Shown here: one piece after another, positions 51,635 through 61,600 of the stretch | Layout: each line of letters opens with the position of its first letter | How positions within the stretch are numbered: position 1 is the first letter of the stretch | Notes under the pieces: generated by a model | Database searches by the model: none | Seen by the model: the letters and a program-made list of their open reading frames with translations, nothing else | What the model was told of the DNA's origin: nothing | Assembly: GCA_040285745.1 (NCBI GenBank) | Contig: JAUFOR010000004.1 | Location: 682,001-746,000 of the forward strand | Reading direction: 5' to 3' | DNA from: Barthelona sp. PCE | Lineage: Eukaryota | DNA: 64,000 nt | Position numbers and translations under genes: made by a program

Positions 51635-54600
51635 TAGGTTTGAAACAAGCTCGATGGCAACAACCCTCTTTGGTGACAACAATTGGTTGCATGATGAAGA
51701 TCGACTGTCCACAGCCAATACACACCTCGTCTTCTGAGATGTGTCGTCCCCAGTGTTTTGGACCTGTTTCGCTGCAACGTGGTGGGTTCTCCTTGTAAAT
51801 TCTTACCTCATCTTCGTCGTACGGGGATATCAAATGGCGCAGCAGATAGTCGGGAAGACGAGCATCAACCTCACTCCACAGATGATCACCGAAGGAATGC
51901 GCTATTGCTTGGTTGCTTTGTAACGTCTCCATTTGTTCCATGTGCATGTCCAAGATGGACATATCATCGTCAGCAAATGCTACGTCAATCCACTGTGTGT
52001 CCTCAATGAAATCGATAACGGATTCAACGCTGAAAATCCTGCACAGCTCTTTGAAAATACCAATGCAGGGAGGAACTATATTCAAAAACTCGGAAACCTC
52101 CACAAGTGTGATGTTTCCCTCCAGGGACCGTTCCACAATCAGCCAATGATTTGGTGTCATTGCTGAGCATCCTATTTCGTTAATAACTTCACACAAGGAG
52201 CTCTGACGGAGAAGTAGTGGGAGAACGATCTCGAAATTATCGTCAACGGCGCCTATCAGCAACTCACGGTCAACAGTGTGTATAGGTGATAGTTTAATGG
52301 CAAACATCATCTTAAGCAAACGTTTCTTCTCATCATGTGTCAGGGTACCTCTGCGGTCGAGCTCGAAAAAGCAAAGCTCTGCGTTGTGCGGCAGCATGTG
52401 TTGCGTCATTGTTAATATTAACGTGGGATCAAGAACGCGGCAGAGAAGCAGCGCATCCCGTTTGCTTATTTCGTCTGATTTGAGACTCTGTAGGATCGGA
52501 AGCAGGGGTTTGCGATGATTTGACTCACCCACTGCGATATTTGATGCAACTAAAGCTTCAAAAATTTCAGTATTGCCCTTAACTACTGAATAACGAAACA
52601 ATTCTTCGATATCCACATCATTCTTGTTAAACGCTGTGTGCAGATCGCAGCATGCAGTGATCGCAGCGCCTATGTCATCTATATGTGCACGATCGTTAAG
52701 ATACTGCAGAACTGTGTGTGTTGTAAAAAATCTCCGTATGGACTCATCCAGCAGCGTTGTGTGAGGAAGAAGCGCATTGTCGAAAAGAGGAACGCCATCC
52801 GCAAGGTATGAATGGAAACCTACAACAGAAACTTGATGATGTTGAAAAATGGAATATATTTCGGCATCTATCATGTTATTTTGTTCTTCAAACCGTGAAA
52901 TCTGCTCCTTTTCACGGTCTACAGGCTCCTCCTGCACTGCAGCAGGAATTGGGCGATTTAGATTCTCGATCGACGAAATGTGATCCTTCTCCGACAACTC
53001 AACGTCAAAAACATCCTCAATGTCCGTCCACTGCAGCAAATCAACGCTGCCCTTACGGGACGACGGTGTAAACACGGGTGTGATATTCCCACTATCAGAT
53101 TCATCATGATTTCTAAAGTTTGGCGTTGCTGAGTGCACGACGTTGACTGTTTTTGAGCTCGAGGCAAGCGATATGGTCGATGGAATGAGACTTGTGCGAG
53201 GGAACTCATCAAGGTCCAGTGGGGACCATATCTGTGAAACGTTGCTTACCAGACTTTCATCGACAAAATCAATCGTTTCGTAGACGACTTGGTCGCCGGC
53301 ATCCTCGTCGAGCTCTTCCATCGCTTCATTAGCTGCAACAAAGTTGATAAATATGTTATATTCTTTTGTGAATATTTCGGCTGCTGTTGACAACATTTCA
53401 CTAAAGTTGGAACGATGCATGTCATAAGCCTGCTTTACGCGCTCGTATAACTGATATTCGGAGGCTAAATGGTTACCAAAAAACTGGTACATGAAGAAAA
53501 TGGGTAGAAAGTCTATCTTCTGTGGTGTGTGAAAAGGGGACAAACAGAGCCGGATCTGGCGTGCAGGACTCTGTATAGATAAGCATATGATGTTGCGCTC
53601 GTTCTGCTCATCCACTGTCTGGAGAAACAGATTATTTCCTGAAGTACAAAAATTCCTTAGTTCAAATCCCATCTCGAGAAGGTTAATCCAACTGTACACT
53701 CTTCCGTCCATGTCAAAAACGAGGACACTGGACGCGTCAATACTGTACATAAGGTGTCTGTGCTTTGTAACAAAGAGAAAGCCCAAGTTTGTTTTTTTCG
53801 TCTTGACCGGTTGTTGTTCGATGTAAGGGTATATTGTGTCCTCGAACCCGCGCAGAAGCCTTGGCTCAACGGTTGGCTCAACTGGAAAAGCATCGTTCGG
53901 ACTGTGTGGGAACTGGAGCTTCTTCTGTCTGGGCGTATATGATTGCACATCAATCGTCAGCAGCTTGCGCTTCGGCTTTCCCAACACAACAGAACCGTCA
54001 AAGAAGCAACAGCCTTGTATACGCATTGAACTCAGACTTTCGCCCACAGTGTTGAGTTGTCGACTTGAGATTGTGTAAATATATGAAGTGAGCGCTGTTT
54101 GTATAACCAAGAGGTCTCCGTCCACTGCCAGTTGCACAATGACACTATCAACATTTAAATGGAAGAATAACTTCTTGGCGCTTATATCGTAACAGTACAA
54201 ATCATTCTCGGCTGTTGCAAAGTACAGCATCTCATCTTGGAGGTCCATGAATTCGATTGAGGTCTCTGAGAGATCCAAATCAATGTCTGAGCGATCAAGG
54301 ATCTTCTTCAAGTTGATGGTGTTGCGACGCTTGGGTACTGACACTGAGTAGACAATAATCTTGTCGTCGTCACCCACAACGCACATGTATGATCCAGTGG
54401 AATCGAAGTTTAAGTGTTTAATGGAATGGTGGAAGTCTGTGCAAACAAAACCATCACGAAATGTCATTTTTGAGTGTGTTTGACTTTCTTGGTTATCCAA
54501 TGTCTCGTAAAAGAACATGTATATCGTGCCTGTGTTGGTTCCACATGCCAAAATATGCTTTGAAGCACCCAATGCAGTGTAAAAAATTCTGCTTGAAAGT

Positions 54601-54641
54601 TTAGAGAGTGGATACCTTAATAGTTGCTTTGAGAAGAACAT
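51624..54641 (-). CDS. HPS5: HPS5/pink-like BLOC-2 subunit (beta-propeller, helical region, C-terminal Cys/His finger)
   Basis: RIFYTALGASKHILACGTNTGTIY, VDSVIVQL...LLVI and GCCFF resemble the HPS5/TECPR2 propeller; C-terminal WG...CIGC...CCHRAC. Confidence 0.6.
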   Translation of the reverse strand: MFFSKQLLRYPLSKLSSRIFYTALGASKHILACGTNTGTIYMFFYETLDNQESQTHSKMTFRDGFVCTDFHHSIKHLNFDSTGSYMCVVGDDDKIIVYSVSVPKRRNTINLKKILDRSDIDLDLSETSIEFMDLQDEMLYFATAENDLYCYDISAKKLFFHLNVDSVIVQLAVDGDLLVIQTALTSYIYTISSRQLNTVGESLSSMRIQGCCFFDGSVVLGKPKRKLLTIDVQSYTPRQKKLQFPHSPNDAFPVEPTVEPRLLRGFEDTIYPYIEQQPVKTKKTNLGFLFVTKHRHLMYSIDASSVLVFDMDGRVYSWINLLEMGFELRNFCTSGNNLFLQTVDEQNERNIICLSIQSPARQIRLCLSPFHTPQKIDFLPIFFMYQFFGNHLASEYQLYERVKQAYDMHRSNFSEMLSTAAEIFTKEYNIFINFVAANEAMEELDEDAGDQVVYETIDFVDESLVSNVSQIWSPLDLDEFPRTSLIPSTISLASSSKTVNVVHSATPNFRNHDESDSGNITPVFTPSSRKGSVDLLQWTDIEDVFDVELSEKDHISSIENLNRPIPAAVQEEPVDREKEQISRFEEQNNMIDAEIYSIFQHHQVSVVGFHSYLADGVPLFDNALLPHTTLLDESIRRFFTTHTVLQYLNDRAHIDDIGAAITACCDLHTAFNKNDVDIEELFRYSVVKGNTEIFEALVASNIAVGESNHRKPLLPILQSLKSDEISKRDALLLCRVLDPTLILTMTQHMLPHNAELCFFELDRRGTLTHDEKKRLLKMMFAIKLSPIHTVDRELLIGAVDDNFEIVLPLLLRQSSLCEVINEIGCSAMTPNHWLIVERSLEGNITLVEVSEFLNIVPPCIGIFKELCRIFSVESVIDFIEDTQWIDVAFADDDMSILDMHMEQMETLQSNQAIAHSFGDHLWSEVDARLPDYLLRHLISPYDEDEVRIYKENPPRCSETGPKHWGRHISEDEVCIGCGQSIFIMQPIVVTKEGCCHRACFKPIID

Positions 54642-54884
54642 TTAACGCATTTTCTGGGTATAATAACAGCCCTGGTGAGAAATAAGGGTGAATATGTTTT
54701 ATCACAGTGAATGTATGGTTTAGTATTTATATCGGTCATATGAGTGTACACATAGAAGTGATACTTTTTGATGTTTACAGATTGTTTTAACCCATACGAA
54801 GTGTATGAAACCCTGTCTTATAAAAAATCAAAATTTACTCGTATGAATCACATACTATGAATTAAACACTTTAATATTTAGGTT

Positions 54885-55280
54885 TTACCAATTACGAACC
54901 ATTATATCAAAATTTAAAAACGTAGCAAAAGAGATCCATAGCATATATGGAATAAGAAGATAAGCTGCGGTTGGGTTGATCTTATGGAATTCCTTGATTG
55001 CTTTAAAACAAGTGTAATCAATTACAAGAATATCTAAGAATGCAATTTTAATACCTAAGCGACTTGTTTGGAAGATAGGCATCCATATAACATTAACAAA
55101 AATGTTGATGAAAATCCATTTGGTTGTTTTCCAATCAAGACGTGCTGGACCACGGAAAACAGTCATCATTAATGTGGAAATAATTATACAGATATATAAT
55201 ATGGGCCAAACAATTCCAAACACAGGTCCAGGGACACGGATAGTCATATCCAATTTCTTGTACCAATCTCTGTCCTCCAT
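54885..55280 (-). CDS. TSPO: TspO/MBR-family translocator protein (short, 131 aa)
   Basis: WYKKL...PGPVFGIVWPILY, NVIWMPIF, AFLDI and AAYLLIPYMLWISFATFLN are TspO/MBR signatures. Confidence 0.9.
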   Translation of the reverse strand: MEDRDWYKKLDMTIRVPGPVFGIVWPILYICIIISTLMMTVFRGPARLDWKTTKWIFINIFVNVIWMPIFQTSRLGIKIAFLDILVIDYTCFKAIKEFHKINPTAAYLLIPYMLWISFATFLNFDIMVRNW

Positions 55281-55430
55281 GTGCGATAGAAATGGATAAA
55301 AAATGTATAGCAGAAAATTGTCATTAACTACCTATTAGTCCGTAAATTACGGGTTTTTACCACAGATGAATCAATATATGTGGCTAATATACTGCGATTA
55401 TGTGTTCTTTTGGAATTTTTTTTTACAGGA

Positions 55431-55640
55431 GACAGGCGAAGCCTGTCGAGTGATGGTTTGTCAGAGGACAACTGAAGATTTTTGGTGATTTACCAATCAA
55501 ATAGAGGAAGAGTATCAATATCACGGCGTTTGCGGGAAACCGCTTTCATGTGACTATTGAAAACTTCTTTATCTGTTTTGATGATAGACATCAAATTTAT
55601 CGTAGATTTAATTAAAGAATACATTTACTCTCAGTCACCA
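55431..55640 (+). ncRNA. Candidate structured noncoding RNA (five or more hairpins, box C/D-like and Sm-like motifs)
   Basis: GACAGGC-GAA-GCCTGTC; GTGATGG...TTGTC-AGAG-GACAA-CTGA; ATTTTTGG; TTGGT-GATTT-ACCAA; long stem capped by GCGG-GAAA-CCGC; TTTGATG-ATAGA-CATCAAA. The + strand is inferred from the GAAA tetraloop and Sm-like site. Confidence 0.45.
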
Positions 55641-55711
55641 CACGAAAATATATGATATTATATGCGGAAAACTGTCGATATTTTGTTAAAGAAAATCTGT
55701 AATTCAAACTG

Positions 55712-56149
55712 CTATCGAGAAAGAACAGAACCTGTTGTAATGAGCTGCTTTATGGCCACAAAAGGGTCTATTCCACTCAATATACGTAATCTTATGTGTG
55801 TAGCGCTGATTGGATTATCAAGACGTGATGCTTCAGAGTAAAAAGACTCCAACGCACCGTCACTGGTTGTTCCCGATAGCTCACACACTGCCATCCAATT
55901 TGTGTGCTGGGAGATCTGTTGATCATCGGTTAAATATATCTCTGCGAGACTGAGTCCGCTTGCCTCCAACACAAAGCGTTCAATTTGACATGATGCGTTG
56001 AGGTTGATGATGACTTCCTGCGGAAATAGCCCTGTAGTCATGAAAAAACTATTAGAATCATCGAGGATTGAGCTCGGTGGGTGATCTATGTGAAACGATG
56101 TCGAGACATGAATAGTAGCCCCATTTTTGAGCGAAGAGAGGTTCGTCAT
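55712..56149 (-). CDS. IFT25: Intraflagellar transport protein 25 (HSPB11)
   Basis: STSFHIDHPPSSILD, FFMTTGLFPQEVII, SATHIRLRILSGIDPFVAI. Confidence 0.9.
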   Translation of the reverse strand: MTNLSSLKNGATIHVSTSFHIDHPPSSILDDSNSFFMTTGLFPQEVIINLNASCQIERFVLEASGLSLAEIYLTDDQQISQHTNWMAVCELSGTTSDGALESFYSEASRLDNPISATHIRLRILSGIDPFVAIKQLITTGSVLSR

Positions 56150-57019
56150 TCAATTTTATGAAAGTGAAATATTTAAAAGCAGCATTCTATGTTCTTTCCT
56201 TTTCTTATACTATACCCTTGTGTGATAATGCCCATTTAGTTCCATGTAAAACTTTGCGGAGCCACATAAGGATTAATCTCTTTAGGTTGGCGACATACTT
56301 ATCGCATCTCAAATTAAGGGATAGAATTAGCCACGTGGCAGCATGGATGTACCGTGGAGATGTGTTGCTGTTTCTTTATATTCAAGTACCATCAATATTC
56401 TATTACTATGTTTCCCTCCTTTTCCTCTACTTTATATGTTTTCTTAACTTGAGATTTGGGTACCTAGCTTCGTATTTGTATTTAAAAGAAGCATATTTTG
56501 AAAAGTGGGCAATATTTACACTTTTAATATGGCACATTTGTTGAGTAGATGTAAATTATGGGCGCAACGTTGCGGTGTACACAACTACTCCCTAGATAAA
56601 TGGTGAACTATGTTCTTAAAATTTTGTATGCGGAGATTAGCCACCATAATTGATCGATTGTCTTTAGTATTTCAGCAACATGATTTGACTGGATATACAC
56701 CAAGTCTAGTAATGTCACAAACGTAATACCACCATAATTATGTTTCTAAAAATTAGTAAAAAACTTTAGTATTGCAGTTTAATAGCTTATTTGAATGTAG
56801 GGAGTGCTGTATCAAGATCTTTTCACATCTGGACCACTTCACATTTGAATTTTATTTAAGGATTAGGACAGGGAATGTGTTAAACTTTCTATTCAGTATT
56901 TAGTCAGTTATTTATTTGTAGCACAGCTTATATTCTGAAGTATACATCGTCTTAAAGGTGAAGTAAAGCCAATGATTTGCTATAACGTTTTTTTTCCATT
57001 TCTCTTCGCTACTCGCGCA

Positions 57020-57826
57020 ATGTTTAAAAATACTTATCAATCTGGCTTGCTCAGCATCCTGTACTCATTGGGAAGCAGCCCTTTAGCTCTTTGGGCGCAA
57101 CATGGTATGTTTCAAACGTAACATTGTTTCAAACGCTAGCATTGTTTCGAACGGTTGTATCTTTTTTAGGATAACATTGTTTTAAGCAGTGCCACTGTAT
57201 CAATTTGTTTCTATGTTAATTATATGTAATTCTAACCTTTAGTTCAAAACGGACACATTAAGCGCATCACAGATCCAGAGATTCAGTCACTTGTTCTTGA
57301 GATTGTAGGTGCTAATGTAGCTACAACTTACATTAGCTGTCCCAAGGATCCCCAAGAAACTTTGGGTATCAAGCTTCCTTTCCTTGTCATAATTTGTAAG
57401 AACTTACGTAAATACTTCAGTTTCGAGATAACGATTCTGGATGACAAGGGCTCACGTCGTCGTTTCAGAGCTAGTAATTATCAATCAGCAACTCGTGTTA
57501 AGCCTTTCATCTGTACGATGCCTATGAGATTGGATGAGAACTGGAACCAGATCCAATTTAACGTATGTTCATTTATCTAAACGTTCGAATGAGAGATTTT
57601 CTTTGCATAATCAATTTTTTCTTTCGTTTCTTTAAGTTTCACTTATATTTAGTTGTCGGATTTCACTCGCAGAGCTTATGGCTCTTTCTACGTTGAAACA
57701 TTGAAGATTCAGGTTCACTGTAACTGTCGTCTCAGAAGAATCTATTTCAGTGATCGTCTCTTCTCTGAGGAGCGTTTGCCCGCAGACTACAAGCTTTTCA
57801 TTCCAGTTTCTGGTCAGAAGTCATAA
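57020..57826 (+). CDS. CFAP20: Cilia- and flagella-associated protein 20 (BUG22); 3 exons 57020-57104, 57243-57562, 57653-57826
   Basis: Spliced product is 192 aa: [25 protein letters not shown]...[11 protein letters not shown]...[11 protein letters not shown]...[17 protein letters not shown]...[12 protein letters not shown], near-identical to the highly conserved CFAP20. Confidence 0.97.
57105..57242 (+). other. Spliceosomal intron, 138 nt, phase 1 (CFAP20 intron 1)
   Basis: GTATGT...TCTAAC-CTT-TAG; removal is required to restore the conserved CFAP20 sequence. Confidence 0.95.
57108..57186 (+). repeat. Degenerate short tandem repeat (CATTGTTTCRAACG, 3-4 copies) inside CFAP20 intron 1
   Basis: tgtttcaaacg 57108-57118, cattgtttcaaacg 57122-57135, cattgtttcgaacg 57140-57153, aacattgttttaag 57173-57186. 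Confidence 0.75.
57563..57652 (+). other. Spliceosomal intron, 90 nt, phase 0 (CFAP20 intron 2)
   Basis: GTATGT...ACTTAT-ATT-TAG; joins QFN to [10 protein letters not shown]. Confidence 0.95.
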
Positions 57827-57999
57827 AACATTGAGAATTATAGTTTAGCTTTATTTACGATTCCTGTCATGTAAAATAATCCATTTTCTTTGTTCATTTT
57901 GCATCGGTGTTGAGTTGAACAGCAATTTTTTCAACAAAGATGCATTAGACAATGGTGAGCAGGTATTTAGCTATTAATCCTTTTTCAGTTCAATGAATC

Positions 58000-58692
58000 A
58001 TGGACTTTGATATATTTCTGAACGATGAACAGTGCTCATCCATTGTTAGGGCTCTATTAACGAATCTTTTTGTGGAACTTCCAAAGTTTCCTATTGTGGA
58101 AAGTATTGAGGTTCATCATGTCTATACAGGGCCTGTTGATCTCCGCCTTGCGCTCGTGGATCTTGGGGGATCTTCACCGATTGCAATTCTTCACAGTAGA
58201 GTTCTGTTTTCTTCTTCAAGTCAAATCATTTTAAAGGTTAATCTGAAGAGGAGGAAACGGAAGAAGGTGCAAAGCTCCTTTATGTTGAAGCTTGAGAATT
58301 TTCAGCTTTTAGGAGATCTATCTGTTTTTGTTAATATTGGAAGGGATCAAGCTTCTGTATCTCTTTCTGAACTGGAAGACTTTGACTTTAAGATAGGGCT
58401 TTTCAGTGAAATAGACGGAGAGAGTAGAGCAAAGAAAGAACGAAAGTTTCGTTTTGGTATACTCCCAACAATCATTGCTTTGGTGAGACAAGCAGTTTTA
58501 AGCATTGTGCGCAAGTCAGTGGGGCACACAATCACGCTGAACCTCCCTTTCTCCCTTGACTGGTTGATGGAAGCCCCTCTAGAACACGACGATTTGAATC
58601 TATACATCATCGATAGATTGACGCCTACACCAGCTCCAGTTATTCGATTCATGGACAATGATAATAGTGACAACCACGACGAGTTTTATTGA
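58000..58692 (+). CDS. Hypothetical protein, possible SMP/TULIP lipid-transfer domain (Mdm12/Mdm34-like)
   Basis: 230-aa ATG ORF. An N-terminal beta strand (MDFDIF), a helix, P..VESIEV...TG, paired long strands and a C-terminal helix fit the SMP layout; no TM segment. The fold call is tentative. Confidence 0.5.
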   Translation: MDFDIFLNDEQCSSIVRALLTNLFVELPKFPIVESIEVHHVYTGPVDLRLALVDLGGSSPIAILHSRVLFSSSSQIILKVNLKRRKRKKVQSSFMLKLENFQLLGDLSVFVNIGRDQASVSLSELEDFDFKIGLFSEIDGESRAKKERKFRFGILPTIIALVRQAVLSIVRKSVGHTITLNLPFSLDWLMEAPLEHDDLNLYIIDRLTPTPAPVIRFMDNDNSDNHDEFY

Positions 58693-61600
58693 TGTAAATA
58701 GTGTTGAACAAGCTGCAATTGTGTATTTGGTAGCATGTCAAGGATTTTCTCAAACGAATTACTGTTTTTCAAAAACTTTGTTATAGTGAATACACTTCTC
58801 TTCCTGACGGCTAGGTTCGTTGTATCTTGTGTTCCTTCGACTAAATTGTTTAAAAATGTTTCAACGGGTGTAATATGCGATGTTTCCTTTCTTTCCGCAA
58901 TTCTCTCTAAAATCCACAGAGATGACTCACTCAATTTCACCCTCTGAAGATGGTTAAACATTGCTACAGTAAATCCAGCCTCGAACAAGGATAAACAAAG
59001 ATTTTGATGAAGAGGTCTATCCATTGCATCCAAAAGATGTGAAGTAAGCTGTGCAATATCTATTTCGCTAACGGTGTCACGCTCTGTCCGTATCAAATCG
59101 GTCATTTGTGCAATGATCTTGGCGCGATCTATTTCATGATCCGCTGGTGTATTTTTCAACTCCTCAACGAGGTCGCTGAAGTCAGGTTCCTCAACAACAG
59201 GCTCCTCCTCAGATATATCACGCATCACGTTCTGCAAAACAGCGACACGCTCTTCATCGGTTACCAAAACTAAGGCACCGCTGAACTGCTGCCTCTTGTA
59301 TTCTAAAAGGTTGGATAAGACAAACACGCACGCATGCACAATGTCTTCGTGCCCGTTGACCGTGCTGGTGCATGGAAACTCGAATCTCAGGAAAATATCA
59401 CTAAGGGTAGTAATTATTTGACTGTAGTAATGTATTGTGTCTCTCTTCTCCACTAACAGTGCCAGCGCTTCAAGGGCCCCGACACACACATACCAGTCCT
59501 CTGTGTCAAGATTACTGTTGACTAAAAACAGCAGGGTTTGACCTAGAGAGCTTGCAAAAATATCTGAGTTGACAAAGGCTAATAGTAGTTTCCGAGCACG
59601 GTTCAACAGACGCTTGTATCCCGGCACGTCGTCGTAACCAACAGACATTAGAAGACAAATGAGCTGCATAAGAATTGGTGAGAAATCGCTGCTCGCGTGC
59701 TGTGGGTGTTGTGTGAGGAACTCAAGAACAGCTGATATGATACGGGCGCTTCCGTCACGCATACATTCAGCTAGAGCCTCACATTCAGCCTTACTACATG
59801 GTGGTCTTGTCTCCAATTTCTTGAGCGAGGCAAGAACACGAACGCTTTCCATCGAAAGAAGATCTGCAGCCACTGACTTTGCTGGGCGCCGTACTGGCTG
59901 CCTCTTATGGTTTTCATCTTCGAATAGGTGTCGTCTAGGATCGCTTTGTGTGGTTGCGAGCATCAACTCTTCCTCTTCCTCTTCCTCTTCCTCTTCCTCT
60001 TCCTCTTCTTTCGGTAAGGGTGGCGATTTAACATGTGTGCGACTATGCTTAGGAGGCACAATATTTCCAAAGAGCTCATCATCGATAACATCGCTCTCAA
60101 CATCACTCTCATCATTCTGGAACATAAAGTCACCACGCTCCATTGGAACACGCCTCTCCTCAGGTTCCGGAAAGGCCATGACATCCTTCAATTCTGCGTT
60201 TTCGTTGAAAAACTGTGTCGATCGACGGGGCAATTTCAAGCCGCTTTGTAAAAGAAGAGCCATGATGTTTCTGCTTAGGTTTTTCGTCAATCTACTCGGC
60301 TCAAAGCTGTCAAACGCCAGAGCACACAATTTGCTCGTGGCGCGGTCACTGATGTTTGAGGAATGCACGACAATGTTGCATGCGCATTGCACTGCTGCTC
60401 TTCTTACATCATCTGACCTGGATGTCTTCAGCAGATCCGATAGCCCATCAATGAGACGCAGCATTGTATTCTCAGTCATCGAGTGTGTTAATATAGTCAA
60501 GTAAGCCTGTTCTTGTGGAATGCGGAAAACGTCCTTCCGTTGCATGTGCTTGAGCATCGTGATGATGACATCGACAAAAGAAGAAGGGAGTTTTATACCC
60601 ATGATAATGGAACAACTGGATACAAATCCACAGGTGGCTTTCACCAGGTTCGATCGTCTCTGGTTGATCAAGCTCGGTACAGCATCTATGAAAAGAGCAT
60701 CAATGACGTCCCTAACGTCTCTACTGATACGACAACACGCTAGGATGCCTGCCATTTCGAGCATTGCCGTTTTTCGATTGTTCCAGTTATTTTTTGGTAA
60801 CGTAGCTATCTTGCTGCGGTCTTCTAATTCGCGGACAGGGTCCTTGACCTTTATCAGGTTAAACATAAAATTATCGCTTGTATTTAATGATGTCATCGAC
60901 TGTGTGGATGATAGAGTTGAGCTTAGTTTTGGTGTGGATACGCGGCGCTTCAAGGTAGGTACACTACGTGATGAGCTGAGGGTGTTTCTAGGTGGAGCTA
61001 GTGTGTGCGCCATTTCTGGTGATCCTCCCTTTTCTGGAGAAACAACAAGGCCCATGCGCTTGCGAAGTTCCTTAACAAGGGCAGGTCTTGGCTGTGGCTT
61101 AAGCCTGCTGATCATTTCCAACACGTCAACATTAAAATCGTATGCGACGGCGAGACCTGTGAGTGCAATTTGACGTACATCGGTGCATCTGTCTTCTAAG
61201 CACTTCAGACACACGCCTGCACCCGCTCTTGGATCCTGATCAATGGAATTAACCACAAAATTCAGGTAACTGATGCGTGAATTATCATTTCTACTCTTTA
61301 AGGCATTTTGGAAGGTATCCAACGTCTCAACATATCCATACTTGTCACAAACAACACCAATAAGATGAACGGCGGCTTCTCTGACAACCTCCTTTCTATC
61401 TCCCAGTCTTGTAGTCACTTCCTTAATAAGTTTCTTGAATATAGAGAATACATCGTGTGTTGGCCTGGTACTTATAAGACAGGCTAGAATATATAAAGAC
61501 TTCTCTGCAACTCGAAAATTATTTGTGTTGATTAAAGTACCAAATGCATTGAAAAGCTCAGGCACCTCATCTTGGTTTACCTCATCTGATTCGCACATGG

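Noticed and set aside
55472..55505. CTGAAGA followed by a hairpin, considered as a hammerhead ribozyme core
   Set aside because: The required GAAA after stem II is absent (CAAA) and stems I and III cannot be formed.
55515..55560. SECIS-like ATGA...AAA...TGA on the minus strand downstream of IFT25
   Set aside because: Spacing and helix II do not fit, and IFT25 has no in-frame TGA.
56293..56364. ACATACTTAT followed by a CGCATCTC/GAGATGTG stem, considered as U1 snRNA
   Set aside because: No U1-70K or U1A loop motifs and no Sm site downstream.
56158..56544. 128-aa plus-strand ORF in the IFT25-CFAP20 spacer
   Set aside because: It starts 9 bp from the divergent IFT25 ATG, has a low-complexity Y/L/F composition and no motif; probably noncoding.
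57952..57988. Possible upstream exon and intron for the 58000 ORF (ATGGTGAGCAG|GTATTT...TTTCAG)
   Set aside because: Neither candidate donor gives an in-frame join, and the fused branch motif is missing.
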